A stretch of DNA of 64,000 bases. Origin: Phoronis australis (taxonomy: Eukaryota > Animalia > Phoronida). The position numbers were made by a program, and so were the translations under genes. Below the pieces are notes generated by a model, which did no database searches, was not told the origin of the DNA, and saw nothing but the letters and a program-made list of their open reading frames with translations. The stretch spans positions 1,025,755-1,089,754 of the forward strand of contig NMRA01000001.1 of the NCBI GenBank assembly GCA_002633005.1. Direction: 5' to 3'. Positions 14,241 through 27,384 of the stretch are shown piece after piece; positions within the stretch are counted from its first letter, which is position 1, and each line of letters begins with the position of its first letter.

Positions 14241-17200
14241 TATTACTGTTAAATGTTGGTCGCAGTATTACTTTAATATTATTATGATTATGATATCTTC
14301 GTCGTCATCATTATTATTTACTGTTGATCACTGTTATTATTGGTATCATGAGTAATTATTATTTATTAGTCTTTATCAGACTTGTAATTGCAATTACTTA
14401 ACAACACTGTCATTAAGTTGCACGGGTCACGCTCAAAATATCAAGTTACCTTAAAATCATTTCCGTGTTGTGAAAATACAATTGATTGCGGCAGGGACAT
14501 TGTGTGACCTTTAAGCGGCAATAAACCCGCGTTCCGTCGAAGAAACTAACGTTTGATTTAAACCACTTACCGTTACAGAATTCGAATTATCCCTTACTCG
14601 GATGAGAAGCGTGTTTTGGTCTTGTATAGAACTGGCAGTTTTGTTATTGTTCGAGATCATGCTCGGCGAATAAAATAACACGCCGTGACAAGTCATCTTG
14701 CAAAACCTTGTCTCAAGCAATGATGAGTTATCAATTCTTTTCAATCTTAGAAATCACATCTGTTTTGATTAAAGTGGTCTAAATCAAAGGCTGGGTTTGT
14801 GACGGTTTAAATTTTAGGAAACGTTTTGTGCATTCGTCTATTTTATTCTGAAGTGGTTTCAAGTTATGGCAATGCGCTCTGTCTCTCAAAGTTTTTTGCG
14901 CGTCGTTATTTCTTCATGTGAATTGAACGGAATCCTTTCAACCTATTCAGGTGCGCGTAAGCGAGGATTAACTTCTTTTGTTCGTTGAGATACGCAAGAG
15001 ACAAGAACGACAAAATCGTGTAAGGCGATTTACACATAACAACAGCGTCGCGTGCCTGTCAGACGATGCACGCTGCCTCGTCCAATCAAAGTCCTAGATC
15101 GCACGCGACCGTGGCGTATCGTCAGCGCTTGATATCGTGAGAATGCTGAACACCTTGAGAAAATGTAAGGCTCTATAGAAATGCAAAGCATTACTGTCAA
15201 CATCTGCGCGTGCCGATAATTCTCTGAGGAATTGAGGAGATATCATTGATTAATGGAAAATAGTCTGGCATTTAAAAAAGTCAAATTGACTACGCAACCA
15301 TTACCGTATTGTAAATCCGATTCCAGCGACACAATTTCTCAAACTTCACTTTCGACTTGCACTCACGCAATTGCCGGAAAACCTTTGACAATTAATTGGA
15401 AGGTAAAGCCCGATAATCGCATCAAAAGCCTTTTCGTAATCATTAAAAACTATTACGAGTAGCGCACACAAAAGCCTAGTCGTTACCTGCCGTTCCTATG
15501 GGAATGACCACAATCCTTTGTGTGTGATTAATTCGTTACAAAGACAATTATTAAAGGTATTGTAATTTACTTAAAATGCTAATACATCACAGTTCAGACA
15601 GGTAGATCTCCAGGGAATTGAAACGTGAGGAGCAACGAGAGTTTCTCAGTGACAACATTTCTTACTCAGTGCAATGTGTTTTTTGTGCTAATTTCCAGAT
15701 ACCTATTTAAAACACCGTGTCTCAGTCCCGTCGTGGCAATGTGTCACAAGTGTGTTTGATTAATGGACAGGCGATTAATGTTGAGAGTAAGGTGAATTCG
15801 TTTGCTGTGAAAAACAAATCAACTAATGCGCATACAAGGCACATACCAAATCACACACACATACGGCACGTTTCGTTCCATAACTGCAGTTGCGAACTCA
15901 GAGGGTGTCGCATCTCCTCATCTCGGCACTCCACTTCTGGTACCCTTGGAATGGAGGAATGTCAAGTGCTCCTTTGTCTGACTATTTTCATATTGCCCCT
16001 TCGGCCCGCGGGCCATGATGAGGCGTTTTTTTTTAAAGCCGTTACAAATCTGCGTTTCCTCCAAGAAGCTGATTTTATATTAGATCACTTACATTGATAC
16101 AAAGTTGGTCTCAACTTGATCCTCACTCAGTTGGGAGGTGAAATCGGAGTTTGCAAAGATCTGTCAGCTTGTCATTCCTTGAGACAATGACCAACGCCTA
16201 AAATTACACCACGTGACAAGCCGGCCAGTCTGTAGAACCTGAGCTCTAGCAACAACGAGCTTTCAGATATTTCGAATCTCTGAAATCACTTCAAATTTCA
16301 ATAAGGGGCGATTTGAGACCAATTTTATAACGTTAAGTGGTTTAAAACAGAAATTGGTGATGGTTATGAAACGCGGGTTTATAGTCTCTTTTAGAGATGT
16401 ATTACGAACAAATGATCTTTCACTTGTACTGTGTCAACGTATTTTTCGTAGTGCAGATAAAGCACTCTTGCACGGGAAATGTACCCACGGATCATATTTA
16501 AATCACTTACTTGTCTGCATACGTCATACGTCGAATAATTATGCACTATGCTAGAGGATACTGTGCCTACATCTTGCGAAGTGCCTATTTTGCGAATGAT
16601 ATACCCACTCACATCCGCCAGCATATGAAAAGTGTGAGAAGTCATGGACATATTTCTGCGCATGCATTGAGTGTTGTTTGTTGGTTTTCCATCAACCCGT
16701 ATCCTGCTGGCTAACTTTTTACGGTATTTTTGCAAAAGATACTTGCGTAAAATGTGCTTTTTGCAGCTTGTCAAGTGTGGAAGTGTACACGCGCCAGTCG
16801 GAAAGATTGCAAGCACGTGCGGATTGAAAGAATATACCACCAACCGAGTAGACTTTGCGGGCGTTTGTGCATATTCAGTACAGTTGAGTAGACACTCAGA
16901 TGTTTTGTACTTGCGCTTAGCTGAGCGGATGGTTAAACTCTTGTTTTATAGTATCAAAGTGATTGAAAATGGGCATGTCATCTCTCTACAGGTGGCGTGC
17001 AGACCAGATTTAAAAATGTGTGCTATGCTCTCTACACTTGTTGCCAAGGGATCGTGACAATATTTTCGCCAGTCAAAAACAACTATGTTTTCGTTTGAAA
17101 TGATCGATAATTCGGATCATTAGTGACAAAACTTTAATTATCATTATATTAACATATTACCTGTTATCAAAATACTCATATCCTATTATAGAATACTACA

Positions 17201-17519
17201 TTTCATTATACTATTTTATTTTATTTTATTCGTTCTGTTTCATTTGATGCAGCAGCAAGGATCTCAACTTATAGCTGACACATGTTGTGGAAGATTACAT
17301 TGTCGCCGTTTAACACAAGGACATTTGGATTCCATCTTTTACATAAAAAGAGAGATAAAGGTGCCGAGGTAAAAGTTTAAAATTGATAGTTAAATGTATC
17401 ATTAGAATATTTACACGGACATATTGGAATGTGAGAATGAAAGCTCTTCGTAACACGGGGAATTTGTTCCTAAGAAGCTTTCTCTGAGGTTACATACATG
17501 TAGTACCCTCGAAAATTGC

Positions 17520-18010
17520 CAAATTTGGCAAACTTCGGAACATCATATCTCAGAAAGCGTTGATCGGTTTCACATGAGACTTTCGCATACTAGGCTTTAA
17601 TACCGTTGGCCTAAACGTTGTTTTAGGATTTGTTTTAATTTTCTAACTTTTGCATGAGAGGCTATCAAAAAGTAGGACTTTTATGATTTTGATGAAAAAA
17701 CTCAAAAGTTGCATAAAATAAAAAACGAAATGATAATTTAGAAAACTGTAACGATGTTTCAGAGGTTTCATATTGAACAGCATTTATTTCGAACGAAATT
17801 TGGTAATGTTATTGATACTGTTTTGCCATATGGATGTGCATTTAGTTTTTGCTAAATTTTACTTAAAGACAAAATAATAGCAGATTGGTCAAGAATAAAA
17901 TTCTACAGGATTTCTACTTTAAGTAAATGTATACCTATACTTAATTAAAATATGAAGTTTTGTAAACATTTGGCTAAATATACCGGCGGGTCAATAAAGT
18001 CCTACATAAT
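17520..18010. repeat. AT-rich dispersed repeat; inverted copy at ~46670-47127
   Basis: Colinear reverse-complement matches such as ACTTCGGAACATCATAT, GCTATCAAAA, TTCGAACGAAATTTGG and GTCCTACATAA. Confidence 0.6.
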
Positions 18011-18082
18011 CTCAATTCTAAAAATAACCTTTTAAACTTTTGAAGACATTTTACCGCACATAGTGGGGCTTCGTGTTCTGTA

Positions 18083-18243
18083 TAGGGGCGTATCTAGAAT
18101 TTTGAGTTGGGGGGCAGGGCAGAGTATTAGCCAGGATTTTGCCCGTCAGACATTCGCACCCTCGAACTGCCAAATAGAATCTCTGAGAATTTTAGGACGG
18201 GATACATGTATGGCCTTCTTGGCCCCCTCTGAATCCGCCACTG
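18083..18243. mobile_element. GC-rich MITE, TSD CTGTA
   Basis: Homologous to 3075-3223; 5-bp direct repeats. Confidence 0.8.
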
Positions 18244-19962
18244 CTGTATGTACTCAATTGTCAACAAGATCACACGTGCATAATCGATGAAATCACAAAG
18301 ATCAACAACCAAGTTTAGTACACTACATAATCGTCATATCCGGGTAATGTCTTTTGTCGTATTTTTCTGATTCGCGTCACGTTCTTTGAGAAACTATTTC
18401 TGTGAATGGAGAATAGATGACGGCACGCAATGCATGATATTCAATTAACAATCTACCTTTTTAGTCATCACCGTGAGATGTTGTCGTCGCAAATTACTCC
18501 ACGCTTGCTTACAAGAACATTTGCAAGTAATGAACTCGCAAATCTGTAATTTTCCACGGGGAGAATCTAAGAGATAATTACTCTTTGTCTTTGGTAATCA
18601 TTGTAATTACAATCCTCGACAAGTTACGTAAGTTGAGCTCATATTGAACAGATCTTGACACTTACTCGTGTTATTAATTTCGATATTGATTTCAAAGGTT
18701 ATAGCACCCCGTAAACCATCAGTTTTGCGACGTAATCCTGGTTTTACGCTGATTATAGATGTCGTGTCTTCCCCGGTAAGCCATATTAACCTTTTGGCAT
18801 ATGAAGAGATTGTTCAGCGATGTTTAATGCAGCTGATAAGAAGCGTTGACACTTGCCCGTAAACAATACCTGTTAGGTGTTTTTGAAAATCTATCTACAG
18901 TATCGGCAATATGACTGCCTGATCGACATCCGCTTTGATGGTTGTTAAAAGCAACACCTGAGTTTTGATGGCATTTAATTATATACAAATTAGCTGAAAT
19001 AACGATTTTGTTTTATTGTGATATGAAACCTAAACGTCTGCTTGCAAACCACATCAATTTTAATATTTTTAAAAATCAAATAATTCAATATTGAATACAC
19101 GATTTCTTAATTAACAATGACTTTCACGTATCAACGTTTCACATTTGGAAACAATTATCCATGTCATCTAATTATTGACAAAATTTACTTAAAATAAATA
19201 TTTTTTCTAAATAAAATGCAACTAGTGCACGTGTTGGGATTCACATTATTCTTCAAACTTCCAAATATTTCTTATTTCACAATATTAGATGACATTATTA
19301 ATTGTGGATTAAGTGGATTGGATTTTCTTTGCAGGTGAATAAAAATACAAACAATTCATCACAGTAATTTTCGTAAGTTTAAACTTGATTGTTCTAGTAA
19401 TAATACACCACTGTACTATGGCGGAACTATTTAATATGCTAACAATTGAGGACTGATTTCTTTTATTGGGACTTCGGTTTGTGTTTCAGATTACTTGAAT
19501 GTCTCGAATCAATAGCGCGTCCCTCCAGTTGTGATTCTAGGCTCATTGCCCGCTCCCAGCAGATTTGTTTTTGATACAGGATTTATCGATTTTTGTCACT
19601 GCCAGTGATGGGAAACGAAACATGTGTTCCTTTTCCCATGGTTAGGGTGGGAAAATGTGTAGGAATTCAAAAGAAATACGATGACTTTGCTTGATAATCT
19701 GATTTACGTTTCAACACTGCATTCGTTTAAGCCACTAGACCGTGTAAGGCGAGATTATATTTTATGGCTGAGCGAGTGAGCTCGTGGTTGTACACGAATA
19801 CACCTTTGGTCTCGTAGTAAACACATATTTTTAGGACAGATCCTCAACAATAACAAGCTCGTGACCATACAAAATGCGTTGTGGTAGTAAACACCTGGTT
19901 CTAAAAAGGACGTTTTACAAGATCATCAACCGGATAACAATGACAACCTTAATACCAACAGC

Positions 19963-20005
<43 letters not shown>

Positions 20006-20029
20006 GTAATAATAATAATAATAATAATA
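19963..20029. repeat. (AAT)n microsatellite
   Basis: About 22 AAT units with one interruption. Confidence 0.95.
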
Positions 20030-20164
20030 CTGGAGAAGTAAAGTAAAATGCACATATCTTCTACAGTACAAAACACAACAACTAAAAACCACAACATCTT
20101 CCGAGCTCAGTTGTACAACTCATAGTCAAGTGAGTGTAGAAACCACGGGAACTATAGTAAGATC

Positions 20165-20360
20165 ACAACAGGCACATGGCATTATATCTGATTTCCGTTT
20201 CCTCTCCACTTATATTTTTTTCTCTTCCTCTTCCTCCCTTTTATTCCTGTTTATCGTTCGCGCATGCCCTGTCTGTTGTTTCCTGTACTCACCTGACGAA
20301 GAGCTGCACATGCTCTAAGTCTAATGTTTGTTTCTAGTTGTGTTTTGAACTGGAAAATAA
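20165..20360 (+). mobile_element. Decayed Penelope-like 3' end with degenerate hammerhead
   Basis: HGIISDFRF resembles a GIY-YIG C-terminus; followed by a pyrimidine tract and CTGACGA-A-GAGC(tgcacat)GCTC-TAAG, where GAAA has been lost. Confidence 0.4.
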
Positions 20361-20361
20361 A

Positions 20362-20822
20362 TATAGACTATTACATGAAGAAATCGTTATCCCCCGTTAT
20401 CTAGAGCCCGAGTGGATTTTGGAGAATTATGATTCTACAAAATCCAAAGTAGAACTCTAGATATGGGGGATAACGACTGAGAACACGTAATCTATTTATA
20501 CCACATACTAAACGAGAAACATTGCAATGAATCGATCTTTCTCGACTCGCCTCGGCTTTCTAACTACTTTCTACGTCAAAGGCCCGGGGTCGGAGGTCGT
20601 GACCTTCTAAGAAAAGCCGAGCTATTTTTGTCAAATAATGCTTTTACTCAAAATCAATTGAAAACTAAAACAAAATAGAAATAAAGTGAATCTATAAATT
20701 ACGGTTTAGCAACTATTATAGCTTACTACACATTTTATCACGCTAAAGCTTCGACCGGGAAAATATCGTCTGCTAAAGTAGGCTACCACTAGTAACTGAG
20801 AATGCTCAAGTCAAATGATCCC
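20362..20822 (+). mobile_element. Hairpin-ended element, partial copy 3
   Basis: Shares TAGA.TATTACATG...TTATCCCCCGTTATCTAGAGCCCGAGTGG and body sequence with 49261 onward. Confidence 0.75.
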
Positions 20823-22959
20823 GGTGAGTGGTGGTACGGTAGTAGTGGTGGTGGTGGTGGTCATGAAAACAACAACAGTAATATTGATAATGACAGTGAA
20901 AATGAAAATGATGATGATAATGATAGTAATACATGTAGATTGTAGTAGAGCTGACTAACGAGTCCTTTAACTTTATATTCACTTTGGCTTGCGTTTAGCT
21001 TTAACTCATTTTATACGTCATCTTCGTGTTGTAGTTTTGTCAGCGACTTGCCGTCTATCATGTTAGCGGAGCTCCAAAAACTAATAGCGGAGATACATGT
21101 ATAGCCGTACACTAATATCAGATCGAAAACGACTAAAATAGATTATTATTTGAATAGATTAATGGACGACTCAGTACAGTAAAAGCTACACGAGTACCTG
21201 TATCGAGTTAACAACTACAGAGATTTTTGGAACCATGTCCGGGGTTGAAGGAAGCTAGTGTGACACACCGCTGGCTTGAAATACATGGCGATATATCGTG
21301 AAATATTGCGTGATCCTGTATTTTCGCGAGGTTCTTTCGTTAACGGAACGCATATCAGTTCTCAGTTGGATAGCGCTATGGACACACGTATGTCTGTGGT
21401 TTGCGGTGGGACTGTTTTCTGTAGTCTAGGAACCAGTTGTCCATGAACACAGTGACTGCTGAAAGGAGGGAATGAAACTTATGGCGACAGAAGTAAATTT
21501 GTGGCGTCAGGGGTGAGAAGCAAGGGTCTGAAGGCCGCGATGAGTGGAAGGTATGAAGTTGATAACCACCACTAGGGGGCAGAATTTGCGGAGACGAAAA
21601 TTTTGCTGCCTCAGTCCGACCCTGGAGCTATGTTTTCCATTTTGAAAGTCGTTAGACGATGAACTTGCTGTCATACATTTGCCTTTGGATTTAAATATAT
21701 CAAACGAAATTTTGTTTTGCTGTAATCAGGCAAAAAGACCATCTTTTCGATAATAAAAACCCTTCAGAAACGCATTTTCTCGTAAACAGAAAATGTGTAC
21801 TGCGTAGCAAGTTATAAATCGTGCCAGACAGTTAGTACGTAGACAAGGATGCATACCAGGTCAGAGCAAAATAGTATAAAATATTATAATACAGCAGGTG
21901 AAACATCACTACATTAGCGGAATTAATTTCGGGGAACCCGCGTCCCCCACCCTTGAGGACACGAGTCATGGATTTTACGCCCACATTTTTCTTTCAAAGC
22001 CTGGTTGAGCCCCTCCCTCGCAACATAATAGACACGCCAGTGAACTAGGACAGAAATATTACACGAGAATGTAATGCGTGCGCAAGTCATGAGGTCTTCT
22101 CACTTTGTGTTGAAAATATTGTGAATCACGAAACCAGAGGTGAGTGTCGGTTTTCATGCATCAAGAAATTAACTCTGGTAAAATACAATTGACAAAGACG
22201 TAGGTATAGAACTTCGGATGATATTTTGGGAACAACACGACGACAACAATTGCTAAGAATAATGGAATCTTGTCAGAACAACAGGAAATGAGCCAAAATA
22301 GTATTAAACGTATCATAATGTGGTTGGATCAAAATTAGTGCATACCATTAGTCAATAACACTTAGGCAAGTAAAGCACTGGCTATTTTAATTTTCAGTTC
22401 CTTCTCAGTGTATTCTCTAAGCCTGTAATCATGTATTCTTTAAACAATTGGGACAACATAGCATAACTGTTTCTTGTTTGCGCCCGACTCATTTTGAAAT
22501 CTGCGCATCGACTCGTTTCAGTCAGCTGACACCAGGTGACGCCAGGTAAAATGATAAGGGTTTCGCCCATTTCAATAGGCATCAGAAAACTTTTTGTTGT
22601 TGAAAACATAGACAACTAAAAATGCCGCATGACACCAATTTGAAAAAACACAGATCAGAACCAATTGTGGTATTTTCTTTGGCCTTATCCACAACCTTGG
22701 CTTTACCGCAGGTTAATGTAGTAACGGTTTTCCTAACGCGCTTCAGTTGAACCTAGTATCTGTTTTCCCCGAGTACACTCAGAGACCGTAGACCGTTAGC
22801 GTCTTTGGTACACTACACCTCACTAAGGACCTCTATTGAAAACTGAGAGAATTACTGCAGTACGTCGTCGCGAAATACTTCAATATGACGAACACTGGCA
22901 ATCACCTCTTCCTTTTCTTTATCTGTCACGTCAAATTTCAGTTCGCTGAAGAAAGGAGG

Positions 22960-23075
22960 AAAAGGTTCGGACATTTCCAAAAGTCAAAAAAGTGGCTATT
23001 ATTAACAGACAAGTACTGTACGATGCAGTTTGATAAGTAGACATTGCAGCATTTGAAACAATCTGGCCTGGATGC
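22960..23075 (+). mobile_element. Possible RTE-type APE endonuclease remnant
   Basis: A single frame reads VRTF...KVAIINRQVL...VDIAAFETIWPG with two stops, resembling NVRTL...IDIAALQETRW. Confidence 0.35.
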
Positions 23076-23418
23076 CTAGACAGGTCAGACTCCCTTCTTC
23101 TTGGTAAATTATGCATTGTCGTTATTGTCACGGAGGACTCAAGTTACACCCATGGTCAGTCGCCAGACTGGTCCTGGATCCCGTCAGGAATTCGCCTCTG
23201 CGAGTGATCTGGTTCGGTACAGTCGTACAGACGCTAATGGGCACCAGTGCAGGCTTGCTTGAAACAGTACCAAATAGGGACTCAACCAAGTACCCTACAT
23301 CTAATGTGCGTTTGTAGCCTTTGGAAGACACCGAATGTCCTTTCTTGAGTTGCTTTAGTTTCATTACCAAGTCAACTTTGGCGATGAAATAAATTAAAAG
23401 TGAACTACGTCGAATTCA

Positions 23419-23648
23419 GGGTCCCGTTCCAGGAAACTGACTAAAATTCCTTTTTGCCCTAAGTCAACATTTGTCTCAACTTCCAAACTTTTGATTGTCA
23501 CATCCGGTAAGACAGTCAACATTAAGAGAAAGTTGAAAACTGGAGATCTCATTCTTGAAATAGACTCGAGACAAATTTAAGTTTTATCTTAAAATTGACT
23601 GAAATTTAAGATTTGTCTTAGTCAAGTCGGTTTTCTTGGACGGGGCCC
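23419..23648. mobile_element. MITE with GGG(T/C)CCCGT TIRs, possibly PIF/Harbinger-like
   Basis: GGGTCCCGTTCCAGGAAACTGACT and AGTCGGTTTTCTTGGACGGGGCCC form imperfect inverted ends. Confidence 0.55.
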
Positions 23649-26472
23649 ATGAACATTTTCGGAGTCTTTATACACCGCTCCTAAAGTAATGTTATTAGAA
23701 AATGCCATTAGTCAAAGAGGAGCTCTTGAGGGCGAAATAGTAGGAAAATATCACATCTGTGAGCAGACACGACTTAAAAGATTTAGGGAACTTTATAGAC
23801 ACCCTCTTTATAGCTGTTCCATGCGACTGAGCACCAAGTCATAAATGTGGTCTTTGGTTTCAGGTAACTATTTTTGAAAATTAACTAAATCTTGCGCAAA
23901 ACTGCAGTCTCTGAGAATATACACATCACTGCTATTTACTGAGATAATTTCTATAAATTATTTTTAGACAGAAATGGCCAAAACCTTATTCCGCAAATTT
24001 TGATAACTTTTCATGAAACTGGCCCCAGATGATTATTTGAGCCTTGATTTTCCCAGCGATGTGAAAAATCTCGAAACTTCGAAATTACCGTTTGTGGAGA
24101 TTTGTTTAACAGAGTAAGGTTAAAGAATCAACTCCCGTGATTTGTTAATATATAAACAATTATATTCAAGGCCTATTATACAATAATATACATTTGTGCT
24201 GCAAATCATCCTGTACTTTATACATAAGTATCAATAGAAACTGTGTATCTTACATGGACTATCTACGGTCCTTGTTATTCACACCCTGAAGAAATGTACA
24301 AATGCAACCAGCTGACAAAGTCTAGTGCCGACTAGAACCAGTCGATGAGTACTTTTAAATACCACATGAGACTACTTGGCTGCACAGACACCCAAAAAAA
24401 CTCACACCGAGGCCCCATGCTAGTCAGAGACACACTAAAGCCATCAGGTTAGATCTTCCTCACTTAAGAATCTGCCAGGCATGTGATATAAGCACTGAAT
24501 CTCAAGCCGCAGCGATTCCGAGCTAGAAACAAATGGCATGAGCTTACAAGATCCATATTACCATATAACACAAACAGTGTAATCAAGGTTCAACATCGAC
24601 CCTGCACGACAAAACTTGTCCCTCTGAAAACTCAATACACATATGAGCAATAGCAGAGGCTGTGAGCAAGAAATGTAGGCATGTCTGAGTTCGATTTCTT
24701 TACTTTCAAGCAAACAATTCTCTACAGTTTTGCAACTCTTTCTTGAACCTAAACCCCTTAGTCTGCGAACCTCGGATGGTTAGGAAAGAATTTAGAAAAA
24801 CCTTTAAGAGGTGAAAGGTCACTGCACAGATGAGGTAACTATAATTTACCCTATGAAATCATTCATCACAACTATTCAAATACCAAATGCAGCACATCCT
24901 TTGGCATAAAAATTATCACATTTCATGCACATAACCACATGACGCATTTATTTTCTCTCTGCCAACATTTAAAAAGAAATTGCTATTAATTTGAAAGGAC
25001 AATATGGCAACTTTGGAATTTCAAATTGCATGGTTCATCAAATCCATATGACCACAAAATTTAAGCGTTTGAAAACACTAATGAAAGTGTTTTCAACAAA
25101 ACCATTGCAACCACACCAACCATTTTACCATGAACCTGGGTGCCACTTTATCAAAGGTCTAAGTCCAATCTAAGCTAATACCACGGTAACTTCTGACTTT
25201 AATTTGCACAGTTTATTATCATGGCTCAGCAGTGGTGAAACCTGAATAAGAAAAACTATCAAATTGATTTCAGATGCAACATTTCGCTATAGCAAAAAAA
25301 CAGCGTTGCATTTGCAGTAATGTGGCCAGACTTATGATTTTTGATATACATTATGGGCCCCTGGTTTATTGGTTTGGTACAATGAAATCAGGCCATCCAG
25401 CTACTTTAAACAAGCTAGCATCACTGAAAGACTGCATTGTTACTAAACAAAACAAAACAAGCAAAATGATGGGTAATATTCAGATATACCGTGCCTGCAT
25501 TTTGACAATCAGTTTTCTTCACTGAATAACGAGCATCCAACTGGTTCTCAAAATGTTGGTGCCTTAAACCCAACAGTTGCAAACAGACGCGCAACAAATC
25601 AAGAACAGCAAATCAACACCCAGTCCCCACCCAGTGCGACTGTAAAACACACGATTCTGTATACTCCTTTCACACAAAGATATAAGGGAGCTGTGGATTT
25701 ACCTTCATGATATCCAAGTTTGCTCACAATCCACGGAAGACATTAGACACGAGGTATCCATCAATTTGAGCATCACAGACCATGCCAATGTGAAAAGAAT
25801 ATTTCCAAGCGTGTGGATGAAAAACAAGAAGCATTTGAAAGCAGAACTGACAGTCCAGAGTTGAAATGGAGTGGTAAGGAAAGTGAGTACTAGCAATTCT
25901 AAGCGATTAAAAAGTTGAAATAAATAATGACATGTATCAGCATCTATAACTCCAGAGATATCATGTTACATTAATGAAATGCATATTGGCAGCAAACAAG
26001 TAATACAACTGGTTGAAGCACATGCAAAAGAGTCAACACTAAAATATTGATCAATAGCATGCGGTGTTATACTAAATGAAAAGCAATATGAAACTGCAGT
26101 CACACATGCGTGTTCTCCAAAGATGTTCCACAACAAGTCCATTTCTCCGTGTTCTTCATGAACTGCGAGTATTACCAGAACCTCGTTCATAAACAGCCAA
26201 GTTCCCCAAGTTGCATCAACACATTAGGACACATCCTGCATGTGTGACAACAGTTGCTTTACACACCACGTCCATCAAAGAAAGCCGCTTTCGCCCACGT
26301 GGTCCAACCTTGCTACCTATTCACTTAAATACTCATTCCATTAACACGACACGAAATATCGAAGCCGGAAACGAGCTTTCCAAGTTTTCCATTGACAGTG
26401 CTTCATTTTCGACGCAAGCATAAAGCGCCACCACTGGAGCATTAACTGACCAACCAAAGGCGTGTCCTGTGA

Positions 26473-26643
26473 CTACTTGGAGCTAACACCAAGCTTCTCT
26501 AGCACCCGTAATCCCTTCTCCTGGTACTCTTGTCGTGACATCCAGAAACTGTCCTTGTCTTTCATAATATCGGCTAGCACAGCGCCGCCAAGGAACACCA
26601 TGTGTTTGCGTCGCGGAGGGTCTTCAATTCGGAGCTTGAATTT
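26473..26643 (-). CDS. ACTR2: Arp2 last coding exon ([20 protein letters not shown]...EKLGVSSK*)
   Basis: Translated by hand; not listed on this strand in the ORF track. GTCCAG acceptor, TAG stop at 26473-26475; matches the Arp2 C-terminus. Confidence 0.96.
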   Translation of the reverse strand, partial: KFKLRIEDPPRRKHMVFLGGAVLADIMKDKDSFWMSRQEYQEKGLRVLEKLGVSSK

Positions 26644-26768
26644 CTGGACACAAAAGAATAATAGATAAGATTGACAAGTATTAGAACTGAATTGTATGTA
26701 ACGTGCAACAAGGCCAGGTTGTATAAAACTAACTGCTGTTGAGTAATAGCAACTTAAAGGGGTGCCAC

Positions 26769-26817
26769 ATTTTGAGAACCAGAACTAAATAAGAGGCATT
26801 AGACTGGTTCTCAAAAT
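26769..26817. repeat. Small hairpin in the last ARP2 intron
   Basis: ATTTTGAGAACCAG and CTGGTTCTCAAAAT are 14-bp perfect arms; the same arm recurs at 25541. Confidence 0.55.
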
Positions 26818-27384
26818 CCGAGACCCATGTAACTGACAATTACTTCACAGCTCATGTATTGTGACCACGGTACAGAGATTTGAAATTCTTCATGGCCACA
26901 CCTCCACTTTCCAATCCTCTAAATACCAGTAACGGGACAGCAAACACCAAACCCGTGGTTCAAATTACATACCCACACCCTTAAACTCCACACATGGGGA
27001 CAAAACTCAGACCCAAACCATGGTGTTTGATCACTGGGTGTGGACTTTGGTTACTTCGTATGATTTGTTTACGGAGTTTGGTCAGAACATGTGCACACTT
27101 TAGAGGCACTAGTATGGAATTAGAACCGTGTTTTGTATTAGCTGGTCTGCGATTGGGGTTTTAGAAATCAAACAAAAATTTACACATGAAGCCATGGAAC
27201 AATTTCCACTCAATGTGTATTAAATTAAAAACTGTAACTTAGGCAGTGCACTTGATAACTGTAAAAATTTGAATCTTTACCACACCGTTTTAAACACTAA
27301 TGGACAACTCCCACCTACTGACATCCAATCAACACCACCGATCAAACACCCTACCAGAAATAATTTCACATCCACAACAACCCC

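Noticed and set aside
16354-17057. Cluster of overlapping 66-150 aa ORFs
   Set aside because: No recognisable domain or splice structure; the sequence looks like a decayed repeat.
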